Assembly: GCA_028534125.1 (NCBI GenBank)
Contig: CM052817.1
Span: 8,310,001 to 8,374,000 of the forward strand
Length of the DNA stretch: 64,000 bases
DNA from: Lama glama
Lineage: Eukaryota
Reading direction: 5' to 3'
In this document: positions 50,592-62,731 of the stretch, one piece after another
Position numbering within the stretch: the stretch's first letter is position 1
Layout of the letters: each line of letters opens with the position of its first letter
Notes under the pieces: model-generated
Databases searched by the model: none
Told to the model about the DNA's origin: nothing
What the model saw: the letters and a program-made list of their open reading frames with translations, nothing else
Made by a program: the position numbers and the translations under genes

Positions 50592-51869
50592 AGCTAGAGA
50601 GAGGCCAGGACCCCTGGGGTAGCCTCAGCCTGCTATGCGACATGCTGCTCACCTGCCCTGAGATAGACTTCTAAGTGTGGAGAGAGGGGTGGACCCCAGC
50701 CTTCTGGCCACATCATTCAGAGGCTTCCCTTATCCTTTGCTGCTGGAGCATCTGTTGCATGGACCAGTGTTTGAGTGGAGTGGGTCAGAGCCTGGGGGGT
50801 GGACCCTGAGACATCATCTGTGTTCAAGAGATTGCAGTGTATTCACAGTCTATAGGACACTGCACAGACCCAGCGCAGGGTATGCCTCTGGAACTAAAAT
50901 ACAGAGACAAAAGTAGGGACAGCGTGGTGCTATGGAGTTAGACCAAAGAGGAGGAAGGCGAGGTACCACGTGTCTGATCCATTGTTCCAGGATCCAGATC
51001 GATCTCAACAGTTTGAAGCAACAGCCTGAGTATAAGGAGACAGAAATGAACAAGAATCAAATAGCTACCCTTGAGTCCGAAAGTAAACCAGCACGATAGA
51101 CTGATGTGACCTAACACCAGCAGACCAAACAATGCTTGAGGTGCTGCCGTTGGTGGCCACATGAGCCACCGTGGAGTAAGGAGATAACTTGCTGCTCGCC
51201 ATGTTCAGTAGGAGCACAGCCTTGGTGAGGGAGGTGAGTCGTGTTCTGTTAGGCACCGACCGAGCAGGCCATACCTGTGATGTTGCTTTCAGCTCTGGGC
51301 TCTGGGCTTTAAGGGCTAAAGATAGACCAGTTTTAAAAGAAAAGTAACCATGATGTGATGGATGAACTCTTCTGCCTGTCTGTTTAATGTTTTTATCAAT
51401 CATTTGGGTCACACCTGCTTATCGAATTTGTGGATTGCTCTAGTCTGACAGACGCAGCAGATACTGTGACCGACAGAATCAGTCAAGAGGAACAATGGAC
51501 CAAAGTCACCCCATGAAACTGAAAATAGATTAAGGTAAAGTCCTGGATTTTGGTCAAGCAATCAACTGGGGAGAAGGGGATGAGGGAGACAGGGCCTATG
51601 GGGGTACCATTGTGTCTGTGTGTGTATCCAAGCACCACTCAGTGGCTGCTGCCAAGGGGCCTCTGGCCAGTACTGATGTTCATGACTTCTCCCCAGCCCA
51701 GGGGTTTGACCTTGGCTTTGGAGATTCACACATGCCGAGTATTCCAGAGCCTGCTGGACTTGGGGAGGTGGACTCATGCTAACAATGCTTACAGAATAAT
51801 GATAACTGATGCCAGGTGTGTTAATTTTCATCATGAATTCTTGTTAATCTTGGTAGGTACTCTATAGCT

Positions 51870-51925
51870 GATTATATATATATATATAAATACATAAATA
51901 AACTATATATAAATATAAATATAAA
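51870..51925 (+). repeat. (TA)n/AT-rich tract
   Basis: Directly visible. Confidence 0.85.
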
Positions 51926-52899
51926 TTTTTTTCCACCTTTGCAGGAAAACAATATGAGGGGGAAATAATACTTGTAAGGTTTTCTGAGGAAGACGGAACA
52001 GAAAAGAGGGACGTGAGCAGTGTGATTTGAATGCTTGGTGGCACCACGTTAAAAGAGCCTGACGAAAGCTTTCTATGTGGGCGTCCCCGTGCTGGAAACC
52101 TCTTAGGGAGAGCCTCTAGAGTTGTTAGGGTGCAGGCAACTTCTATAGGCCTTGGAAATCACTTCGTCTCTTTAAGATGACTTGGCAGAGTTCTGTTTTG
52201 TCCCTTTTTTGTTGATTTATATACAGCTCTTAGGAAACAACCTTATTTCCCTTTTCCTCTAGACCGTGAGCTGCATCAACTTGGCCTTTGCTTTGCTCCA
52301 AGGTCCCAGGGTGACATGGGAAGAAGGACCGACCTTGAAGGGTTAAGCTCATTAATCCTTCATTGCTGTCTACCCCTGGGCAATTCTCTGGAAGGAAAAA
52401 AGATTTCCCTGCCCTCTAAATCTGCTCTGCTCTGCACTCCTCCTGCCTCCTGGCCTGATCTCTGGCTCCTGTTTTCTAGGGCTCAGCAAGTACCCAAAAG
52501 ATGCTCCATTGGTATTTGTGGGATGACTAGTGGGTGGAAATGAATGACTGAAGTGAGCTCAGGGGGAATTTGCCCTCATTTTTAGCTCACTGCTGCACCC
52601 TCTGGAGGCAACCAATCCCCGGCCTCACTTGTAGCCCCCAGGACCAGTTCTTGCCTTTGGATTTCTGTGTCTCCCTCCTGAACCGGCAGCGGGCCCTCTA
52701 ATGTCGTCTTGGGATGCTTTGCTCAATCATTGGAGCATCAGCAAGCAGATCTTGCCTTGGGCACAGCCTCTGCTCGTCCTCTTCTCAGCAAGCAGGCCTT
52801 CTACGACAGGTGCTTAGTTTCTGTCCTTCTACCTTGAGGAGGCCTTCTCTGCTCACTCTAGGCAGATGGACTTGCCTTCTCCCTAATAGGCTCCTACTT

Positions 52900-53350
52900 A
52901 TATGAACTGTTAAACAAAGTCCGATTTCCTCATTTGCCATGTTCTAGGCACTGTCCAGGTGGGTAAGACATAGTTGGGCATAAGGGACAAAGAGCTGCAG
53001 TCCAGAGGGAGAGAAGGCAAGTGATATATCACCATCACACAGTGTGATAAGTGATGTTGCAGGAAAACAGGGCACCGTGGGAGCACAGATGAGAAGCATT
53101 TACTCCAACCTGGAGATTCCAGGAAGCCTTTCTGAGGGAGTTGGCACTTGATCTTGTAGGGGGAAGAGACAGGCAGTGGAAAGTGAGAAACATGTTCCAA
53201 GTGAAGAGAGTGATCAAAACGACAGGTGTCTGGTGTGTGCAGTAAAGAGGAACAGATCTGTATTATTCGTGGTAGAAGCTGAAGCATGGTGGGCAAAGAT
53301 GCAGGTGGCTGGAGGGCAGGTAGGAGTGAGGATGTGGAAGGCTTGGTACA
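52900..53350 (-). mobile_element. L2 fragment
   Basis: 'gagctgcagtccagagggagaga...gggcaccgtgggagcacaga...caggaagcctttctgagggag'. Confidence 0.75.
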
Positions 53351-53364
53351 CTAAGCTGAAGTGT

Positions 53365-53550
53365 TATCAGGACTGCAGCTGCGGTGAGATGAGCGAGGCA
53401 TGCGCTTCAAATGCCACATTTAAAGAGGCTCCAAAAACTTAGCAATCAAAATAAAAATATAAAAATTTTAAATAAAGACAAATCAGTATCACTGATATTT
53501 TTTCTTTTGCCTCAGGATCCTCTATTGGCTCAGCATTGACAGTTACTGGT
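53365..53550. mobile_element. MER96-like hAT MITE
   Basis: 'catttaaagaggctccaaaaacttagcaatcaaaataaa...aaattttaaataaagaca...ttttgcctcagg'. Confidence 0.55.
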
Positions 53551-53569
53551 CTTGTCTGAACTGCATTAA

Positions 53570-54830
53570 AATGTATTAATCTCTTCAACAGATGTTGCCT
53601 AACCAACTGTATATCCACATACAAAAGAATGAATTTGGACCCTTACCTCATATCATGCACACAAAAACATTTAGCTGATATTACATCATAGTTCTAAATG
53701 TAAGAGCTAAAATGATAAAACTCCCATATGGAAACACCAGAATAAATCTTCATGATCTTGAGTTAAGCAGTCATTTCTTAGATATGACATCAAAAACCAC
53801 AAGTGATAAAATTAGAGATTGGTAAGTTGGACTTCATCACACTTAAAAACGTTTGTGCTCCTAAGGATACCATCAAGAAAGTGAAAGTAGAGCTCAAAGA
53901 CAGGGAGAAAATGTGTGAAAAACATATATTTGCTAAGAGACTTGACTTGTATCCAGAATACATAAGGAACACTTACATCTCAATAATAAAAGGACAAATA
54001 CCCAATTAAAAGACATTTCTTTGAAGAAGACATATGCTAATAAGCATGTAAAGAGATGCTCAACATCCTTAGTCATTAGGTAAATGGAAACCAAAGGCAC
54101 AATGAGATAATAGCTCACATTCAGTAGACTGACTATAACAAAAAAGACAACATGATAAATATTGTTGGTACTGTGGGAAAATTGGAGCTCTCCTCCGTGG
54201 CTTGTGGCAACACGAAATGATGCAGCCACTTTGGAAAACAATTTGCTAGTTCCTCAAATAGTCAGAGAGAAGCCATTTGATCTAGCAACTCCATTACTAG
54301 ATACTCTCCCCAAAGAAATGAAAACATATGTCCACACAAAACTTGTACATAGATGTTGTTAGCAGCATTATGCATAGTAGCCAAAAGACAGAAACAACCC
54401 AAATATCCATCCATTTTCTTGAATGCATCAACAAATATGGCATATCCATATGATGGAATATTATTTAACCACAAAAATGGATTGAAGTACTGATACATGT
54501 TGAAACATAGATGACCCTTGAAAGCATATGCTAAGTGAAGGAAGCCAGTCAAAAAGACCACATATTATTTTATTCCATTTCTATGAAATGTCCAGAATAG
54601 GAAAATATGGAGAGATAGAATGTGGATTACTGATTGCTTAGGCCTGGAGGGATTGGCAAGAGTGCTGGAGAGTGATTGTTAATGGGTACAAGGTTGCTTT
54701 TGGAGGTGATAAAACTTATAAAATTAGAGTATAGTAATGGTTGCACAGTTTTATCAGTATACTAAACCACTGAATTGTACACTTCAAACAGATCAACTTT
54801 TTGGTAAGTAAATTATATTGCAATAAAGTT
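53570..54830 (+). mobile_element. Old L1 (L1MB/ME-type) ORF2 3' part and 3'UTR
   Basis: ORF 53803..54009 reads KLDFITLKNVCAPKDTIKKVK; 'gcagccactttggaaaaca'; ends 'ctgaattgtacacttcaaa...caataaag'. Confidence 0.9.
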
Positions 54831-55658
54831 AATATTATTCATCGTGATTACTGAGTGTCTTGGCACCTCCTTACGGTTTGTCCCTGGGGGAAAGTGCCTC
54901 ACTTGTCTCACCCTAGTGCGGGCCCTGGGAGTTAAACGTCATCGTGTTTTCTATAGGAAACCTTTGAAGGGTTTAAAGCAGGGGATGGTCAGGTTTTCCT
55001 ACTGGACAGGTGCCTTTGCTGCAGTATGGAGGGTGGTTAGAGATGGGTCACACCAGGGACCCAGCAGGGAGGTGGCTGGGAGAGCTTCTCTCCTGATGCA
55101 TGAACATGGTGCAGGGTATGTGTATGGAGGGCTGGTTAGGAGCTTGGAGGGAGGGAAAGGTCTAGGATGTCTCCCAGGCTTCTGGGTTGGGTGACTTGGT
55201 CAACCTCAGTACCACTGACCAGTTTTGAACTTGGCTGAGTCTGGGCTGCTTGTGAAGTACCCAGGAGATTATAAACCACCAGCTCATTATTACATTGCAT
55301 TAGGTCCTTGCTTAAACCTTTATGGGAGTCTACTGCTTTTAGTGAACCCAGCCCTGCTGCCGTGGGCTCCCCTCCTGGGCTCTGAATGGGACCTCTGTCC
55401 ACCTCTCCAGCTCCATGTCACTCACTGTCCCCCCAACTCCCTCAGTGCAGACATTCAGGCCTCCGTTCTGCTCCTGGAGCATGCCAAGGCATGTCCTCCC
55501 TCTGGGACTCATTACTCAGTTCTTCTGTCTGCAATCTTCTTCCCTCAGCTCTGTTTATGGTTGCCTCCTATTTTTTTAGTGTTTGCCTGGACTGTCATAC
55601 TTTCATGAGGCCTCTTAAAGGGCCCTTTCCACTTACCTTTTATACTGTTGTCACTCGA

Positions 55659-56141
55659 TGTATTAATTTCCTATGGTGGCTGTAACAAATCCCTATAGAC
55701 TTGGTGGCTGGACACAACAGGAACTTACTGTCTTACAGTTCTGTAGGTTAGAAGTAGAGACAAGGGTCTCACTGGACTGCAGTCAAGATGTTGGTGGGGC
55801 TGTGTTCCTTTTCCTAAGGAAGGATCCATTTCAGTGCCCTTTCCAGCTTCTAGAGCCCCTCGCGATGCCTTTCTTCCATCTTCAAAGCCATCAAATTTGC
55901 ATCTCTGGGCATTCTTCTCTCAGACCCTCCTCTTCTGCCCACTTCCTCCACATTTAAGGACCTCTGATGACACAGGGCCCACCCAGAGATCCCAGGCTAC
56001 TCTATGTTAAGGTCAGCTGATTAGTAACCTCAAGTCCACCTTCAACCTTATTTCTCTTTTGCCAGGTAACCTAACATATTCGCAGGTTTTGAGATTAGGA
56101 TGTGGACATCTTTGAGGAGGAGAATTACTCTGTCTACCTCA
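55659..56141 (-). mobile_element. MLT1D/E MaLR solo LTR
   Basis: 'tgtattaatttcctatggtggctgtaacaaat...ttaaggtcagctgattag...gattaggatgtggacatctttgagg'. Confidence 0.88.
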
Positions 56142-56621
56142 TCCAGCTTCAGTCCTTCACCAGTAATTTCACAGTCTTCATCATCCTGCTGACTTTACTG
56201 TTTTTCATACACACTAGGATTTAAACTCTTGGGAATCTTCAGCCTGCTGACACAGGCAAAATCTGGAGTGGATGAGAATGCGGAAGAGAATGGTTCTCAA
56301 GCACGTCTGTCCGTCAGAAGGTGTTCCTTTGTTCACATACTCAACAGTGTTTACTAAGCACCTCCTTAGTACCAGACAGACACTGTTCCTGCGGGATGTA
56401 TCAGTTCCTTTGGGATATAATCCAGTAAAGGTGCTACATCTCCCAGATCTTACATCTTTTGTAGAGCTTTAAATAACACAGACGCCTGGGCCCCCTCAGC
56501 CACTCTGGAAACCTAGCCACGTTGATGAAGATGGCTAATCCCTAAATGGTAAGTTAGAATTATTTGAATCTATTTTTTCCCTATATTTGGACCCTCATCC
56601 AGAGACAGAATCTTTTTGGAA

Positions 56622-56845
56622 CAGTGCTTCTAAAACCATCTGTGGCGAAGGACAAATTGTTTTCTAATTTCCAATCCATTTGGGATACTTTTGGAAAAAT
56701 ACAAAAAATAAAAATTGATTGCTAGAAAAATGAAAGGTTGCTTGGTTGTCATGATGTCGAATGTCTGCAAAAGTTTCTGAGCACTCTGGATTTCTATGCT
56801 AACGTTGTCATAGGCAGATGACAAACATTTCTCAGAGCATCCCCC
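56622..56845. mobile_element. hAT-Charlie MITE (Charlie18a-like)
   Basis: Terminus 'cagtgcttctaaaac'; 'gcttggttgtcatgatgtcgaatgtctgcaaaagtttctga'. Confidence 0.55.
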
Positions 56846-57649
56846 ACCCTGCGTCTCTGACTTAGTCTCATTCTTTCATCTGTAAAACGGGAAATAATTT
56901 TTCATATGGAGAGTTATTGAGGATATGATTGGATAATGTAAATCACCAAGGTCATTGCCTGGCTTAATAAGTGATGGTTTTTAATGCCATAGTTATTCTG
57001 CCTTAATATTTCTTAATAATACTATAATATTCAATTTCTGGTGTCATGAAAGCAAATTGGGGGCCTTTATTTCTCCGGCAGAAAGCAGTATCTGGCTAGC
57101 TCATTCTGAAAACAATGTAGATTCTGAGTATCTGTGCTTGGGATTTGTTTTTGCTTAAAAACAACAATGCAGGGAAAACATGCCGCTGAATACTGTTGAT
57201 GAATAATGATCATTGAGAAACCCCATTTGTTTTTTAAACACCAGCCAGATGTTACCCTTCCCCATTGCAAACCATGCCCACCCTCGGGCCCATTAGACAA
57301 AATGCTGGCTGTCACCAGCTGACAAGGTCTGGAGATTGACTCTTTTTAAATAGCCACAAGGTCATGGGGATTAAACGTTCTCCAGGGAGTCACAGGAAAA
57401 GTGGAATGTCAGCATTGCCTTTTTCCCTTGAAGATGGCTCAGTGACATTTTCAGAAAGGAGGGACCACTGCAACCTGTCAGCCCGGAATGGGGAACACAG
57501 GGTTAGATGCAAAGTGAGAAGGTTACTCACCACCTGGATATGCAGCTGTAATTTCATTCAGAGAAGCAGCCTTAATGTGAGATCACAGAAGACTCATTTG
57601 AAGGCTGGAAAACAGACACAAAGCCTGAAAGAAGAGAGTCAACTTGGCA

Positions 57650-57830
57650 GAAGAGAGACAGCAAGAGCTTTGGCAGTACAGTGTCCTGGATTTGCATCTC
57701 AGCCCCAGTGTTTGCTGACTCTGTGCCCTCAGGCGCGTGACATAGCCTCTCGGACAATGGAACTTCCCTTCTGGGGTCATCCTGGGTGTCAGTGATACTG
57801 CGTGTGAGTGTGGCACTTAGTGAGTGACCC
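57650..57830 (+). mobile_element. MIR SINE
   Basis: 'gcaagagctttggcagtacagtgtcctggatttgcatctcagcccc...ctctgtgccctcaggc'. Confidence 0.6.
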
Positions 57831-58737
57831 GTGGAGTCTACCTTTGCTGATCTTGTCTCAGTCACCCAGACAACAAAGTGGACCCAAAATTCCCATAGCC
57901 CCCTTTTCCCCTTTGTGACATCTTTTAAATCTTTGTCCATGGATGACTCGAGCTAAAGCTCGTACATTGTGGATGCCAGTTGTTTCCACAATCACGCACA
58001 CCGACTGTTTCTTCTGAATGTCTATCTAGACACAAAACTTATGTCCTTAACAAGAAATGCACATATGCCAACCATCACGTGTGTGTGTATTTGCGCGTGC
58101 GCGCGTGCATGTTCTGTGCTTGGTTGTTTTCACTAAAGGTCTGTAGTATCATTGAGGAAGAGTCTTGTGTTGGGCTCATCATTCTGTTAAAGATACTGTA
58201 GTGGAGTTTTGGTTTTCAGAGTCTCTACTAGGCTAAGGTAGATATAAAAAGCTCAAGTTTCTTCTTTGAGAAGAAAAGTGTGGAATAAAAATCAAGTAAG
58301 TTTCCTTCACTGAATGGGAAGAATGAACAAGGAGCCTTGCAGAGAAAGAACATAGCCTAAGTGGACTTAAAAATATTTGTTTATGGAGGTGCAGGGCTCT
58401 GAATTTCCTTTCTTTGTGGTGACAAGAAAGTGGAAAGATTCAAAATATTTATGATGCAGTGAGTTAATCAAAGCACACTGTTAGCTGGCTAATCAGCTTG
58501 GGGCAAAGGGGTCAGGTGAAATTAAATTTGCCTCTGCTCTGTGCTTTATCTCCTGTTAGAGCTCAGATAAGAACTCTCCCAAATCCAAGAGGTGTCAACT
58601 GAAATGAAAAATTAAGAGAACTTGTTTTTGAGGGCCTAGGATCTGACCCTGTAAACCTGAGGACTGTGATAAGGCCAGTATTTGTGAAACACAGTTTGGG
58701 GAGTTGAAGCTATCGGCACATCGATTGAAGCAACTGC

Positions 58738-58933
58738 CACATTTAAAAAAATCTAAGATGCCACTCATGGTAAGACTCCCCCATTCTTCTCCTTCCCTCT
58801 TAGAAAGAAAGAAAAAAAAAGAGCAAAACATCGCCCATCAACATGAGCACATCATCAGTTGTAAGATGAATCCTGATCGCAGGGAAATTAAAGTGTGAAA
58901 AAATATGTGCGTCTTAGAATGGATGCACTACTG
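58738..58933. mobile_element. MER104-like Tc2 MITE
   Basis: Inverted ends 'tctaagatgcca' and 'gtgcgtcttagaat'; 'ttaaagtgtgaaaaaatatgtgcgtcttag'. Confidence 0.65.
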
Positions 58934-59849
58934 TCGTTGTGAATCAACCACTGTAAATTGTTGTTGGTCATGTAAACCTTGAAACAAACCTCCCTAAACT
59001 TATTTTAATTTGGCCCCACTATACATCTTGCAGATCTCACTTCAGTCCCTTACGTCTGCTTTTTTTCATCCTGCCTCAAGCCGCGGGCAGATAGAAGCAG
59101 GGAGTCCCTCACTTCATATTTAAATTCTAGAAGTCTCAGGCACTGAAGTCCCATCTCTTCTGGGATTCCCTCCTCTCTTTTCTCCAACCAAGTGAAACCT
59201 TGATTCCTCCTAGGAATTTTCCTCCTAGTTTTTCTCTTGGGAGATCTCCAACTTCTTCATCTCTTTATATTAAGCAGAGCAAGTTCTTCCTTCCCAGATC
59301 ATGTCCCTAGATTTATGGAGCAAAGACAACTAGGAGTTTAACAAAACAACGTTCCCTCAGCTGGAAAAAAATCTATCTTCTTTTAGAAAACAGCAGAATA
59401 AGCGTCTATTGCTGGTTGTGCGTGTTCCCTGGGACCTCACCCCTTAGCTGAAATATCTCGTCTACTATTCATTCTCAAACAAAAATCCAGGGTCTTTCAC
59501 AAAGGAGAGTCTTGCATTAGCTGCGAAGATAATCTTTCTCCAGTGTCATTGTCTGTGTATCTAACGCTCTGTGTATATGTGTGTAAGATCGGGATTAATG
59601 AGAAGCAGTTTATGATCCACCTGGGGCTGGTGAAGCAGGGCTACTTTCCTGTGTGTAGCGGGGACCATTCTGGGGAGCAACATGGTGGCTTGTTCCAGTC
59701 TCCTCTCCTAAACTGCAACGCGAGGCGTGCCTGAGAGACAGAAACCACACTCTAGTGGGAGGTCCTTTGCTCAGGCAGTAGATTTGAATTTGGGTAATTT
59801 TTGGCTTGACGTCGTGCTGTGATTAGTACCGCTAGCAGCAAATAGGACT

Positions 59850-59970
59850 TGAGTACTTTCTGGGTGTGAGGCCCTGTAATATGGAGGAAGAAGCTATTTT
59901 GACTCACATATTACATACTGGAAAATGGAGGCTCAAGGTTATAAGGAACTTGTTCAAGGTCATAAAGCAG
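59850..59970 (-). mobile_element. MIR fragment
   Basis: 'ggaaaatggaggctcaaggttataaggaacttgttcaaggtcataaagc'. Confidence 0.7.
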
Positions 59971-61619
59971 TTTGGAGAAAAATGATGATGATGATGGTGA
60001 TAATTTTGGTCTTTGAAGACCGTTCTTTTCGTAATAGAGTTTGGGTAACTAAGATGACCTGGGATTCTTGGTAAGTGGTTGTGAAACAAATGTGAACCAA
60101 TCCTGGAATTTCAAACTGTTCCAGGAGGCTTGGGCCACAAACTGAAGCCTGGCCATGATGAGGGCGGAATGAAATGGGGGTCTGGACTTTCTCCTTTGTC
60201 TAGGATCTCTTGTCTGAAGAGCCGGGGGCCCTGAGTGAGGGAGGCTAACATTGACTTTCTCATGAACTCTTTTAACACTTTAAATTTCACTTTCAGATGC
60301 ACAGCCTAGCACAGAACATGCATAAATCCGTCCGTTCCTCTCACAACTATACAGCATATCTCATAATTTAGCCACTGTAAAAATGAATAAGTACAATTAA
60401 CAATGCAGAGCAAAAGACAGTGAACTTATAACTGGTTATAAGTCAATGAAATCTCATTATTAAGAAGCATAATGACCCTAATGAATATCCTGGTTTTCTG
60501 GTCTCCCCATAAATCAGGGGGCCAGCTCCTGTGCATTCCCGGTTTTGGTGTCAGGGCTGATTCAGGGCTGGTCGGAACCCACTTTTTTCCTTCTTGATCT
60601 TTGTTTTCATGCTGAAGTTAGTCAAGGGATTCTGTGGTGTGGCCGATAAAGAGCAGTGGGGTGTGAGGCGTCAGGTCCCCTCCATCCTGGCTGAGTCCCT
60701 GTTGCAGACATCCATGTGGACTCGGGGCCCACTTGGGACCTGACAGGGCCTGAAGACCAGGCGGGCTTTGGGAGTAAGAACAAAGAGGAGTGAATGCTGA
60801 CTCTGACCTTGGAAAGTGGGTTTCAGTGGGTTTTTTGGAGAGGCGACCAAAGGAGGGAGGAGCAAGTTTGGGACCAAAAATCACGGTTTGGGGCATTTGG
60901 AACTTGACAGATATCATTTCTTTGTGATATTTCTGTGCAAATGGATTGTCAGCACTGGATCTTGGGAAAGAGGTTTGCTAGGGGTCTTGGGGCAGATGAG
61001 GGAGAAAAGATGAATGGAAGGCAAGTGGAGAACTCCACGGAGACTCCTGCTTCAGGCTCCTTAAGGTCTTACGATGAAGCCAAATACACATTTAAATGTC
61101 TGAGCAATGTCATCGCCTACTTACACCTTTGTCTGCCAGAAATAATGAAATACACATCCAGCGTAATGGCCCAAGTCTTGTCCCTAGGGATCTACATTTT
61201 GTATTGTCTCCTTTTCTCCTGCCAGGAAAGATAGCCCATTTGCTTAATAAGGAAATTTGTACTATTTTCTCACTTGCCTACAGACATTAGGCTTCAGGTA
61301 AGATGCAGATCTTTCCTTTACTTTTAAATATGCCCAGCGGTTGGAATGTGTGCGCCTAATGGGAAAAATATGTGCGCTGAGATACGTGAGTGCTATAAAA
61401 GGCTAGCTTAGTGTCCAAAATTAGTAAGACAAAGCTGGGGCAGTTGATTTAGGATTTGTCTGAGTGGTGTGTTAGGGGACTTAAGAAAAGCTTCAGATGG
61501 CTTAGAGGTGACAGTGCTTCAGAAAAGGGCAAGACTGGCCTGCCCCCCTCCAGCGCTGCTGGTCTTGCAATGGTCTCTGACTGCTTTCCCTTCAGCAGGC
61601 AGAGGCTTTATCATCATCA

Positions 61620-61830
61620 CTAATGTTAATAACTCTTTATACTTGGAAAGCCCTGTATGTGATTTCTGTCATCACATTCCCCGTGATAGTCCCGAGAAGG
61701 AGACCTAGCAGGTAATTATTAATCTCCTCTTCTAGGGGTAGAGGGTGGGGGGTACTGAGACCCCAAGAGGTTAATGGCTTTGCCCAAGGACATGCACTGA
61801 GTAAGCGGCAAAGCTGAGATTACAGTTGTC
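61620..61830 (-). mobile_element. MIR SINE
   Basis: 'actgagaccccaagaggttaatggctttgcccaaggaca...gtaagcggcaaagctgagatt'. Confidence 0.7.
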
Positions 61831-61869
61831 ATCCCCGCGCGTTCCCGCATTCAGCGCTGCTGTCCCAGT

Positions 61870-62487
61870 GTGAGCCTCATCCTTCCTCACTTGGACCATT
61901 GTAACAGCCGGCAGAGTGATGGCCCCACGTCTCACCTTCTGCTTCTTTAATTTTTGATTTATGCTGTAGTAGAGTCATCTTCCCCTAACAGGGCTTAAAT
62001 AATGTCTGTTTTCATCTTTTAAAAAATCTTTAATGTCTCCCCACAGCCTACCAGCAAAGGTCCAACATCCTTGCAAGGTGCTCAAGGCCTTTGACTGTCC
62101 CAGACGACGTACCCTAGATATGCTAACAATACTGGAGTTCTCCTTATTTGCCAAATATGCCTTCTACTTACCTCTCCAAGCATTTGCTTGTACTAGTCCT
62201 TCAGCCTGGAACACTTTTCTTTCTTTCACCTGTAATTTAAATCCCGCTCATCCTTTAAGGTTCAGTTCAAGTGCCACCTCTTTTATGGAGTGCTGTCTGA
62301 TCGCCACAGTCAAAACCAATATCCCCTTCTTCTCTGTTGTTATAGCTCTTACCCTGTGCTGTGGTTCATGGTGCCGAAACCTGAACCTCTGTGCACTCTG
62401 AGGTTCTGAGGGAGGACGGGAACTACCTTGTTCTTCACTCATGCCGTGGTAGATACTTAGTAAACACTCAGTGAATACATTTGTTAA
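61870..62487 (+). mobile_element. L2 3' part
   Basis: 'cctctccaagcatttgcttgtactagtccttcagcctggaacactt...tcctttaaggttcagttcaagtgccacctc...tagtaaacactcagtgaatacatttgtt'. Confidence 0.75.
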
Positions 62488-62549
62488 TAGGACATGCCAG
62501 TGTCCCAGGAAAGTCAAAAAGCAAGGAGACATACTTTGTGTTGGACTTA

Positions 62550-62731
62550 GAGAGAATGTTCCTACTACCTGGTCTTTGTTGCAAAGGCTCCTAGATTTCC
62601 TGGCTCCTCCCTTGCCTCTTCAGAGCAGTCTCAGAGCAATCTGAGAGGCTGCTCCCAGGTTCGAGTCCTCAGAAAGTCTACGGAGTAAAACAAAACTCTC
62701 AGCTTGTAGGTTGTGCACATTTTTAGTTGAT
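62550..62731 (+). mobile_element. ERV1-class (MER41-like) LTR 3' half
   Basis: 'gcaatctgagaggctgctcccagg...gtcctcag...taaaacaaaactctcagcttgtaggttgtgcacatttttagttgata'. Confidence 0.6.

Noticed and set aside
60424..60443. Perfect inverted repeat ACTTATAAC-tg-GTTATAAGT
   Set aside because: About one 9-bp stem of this kind is expected by chance in 64 kb of AT-rich DNA.
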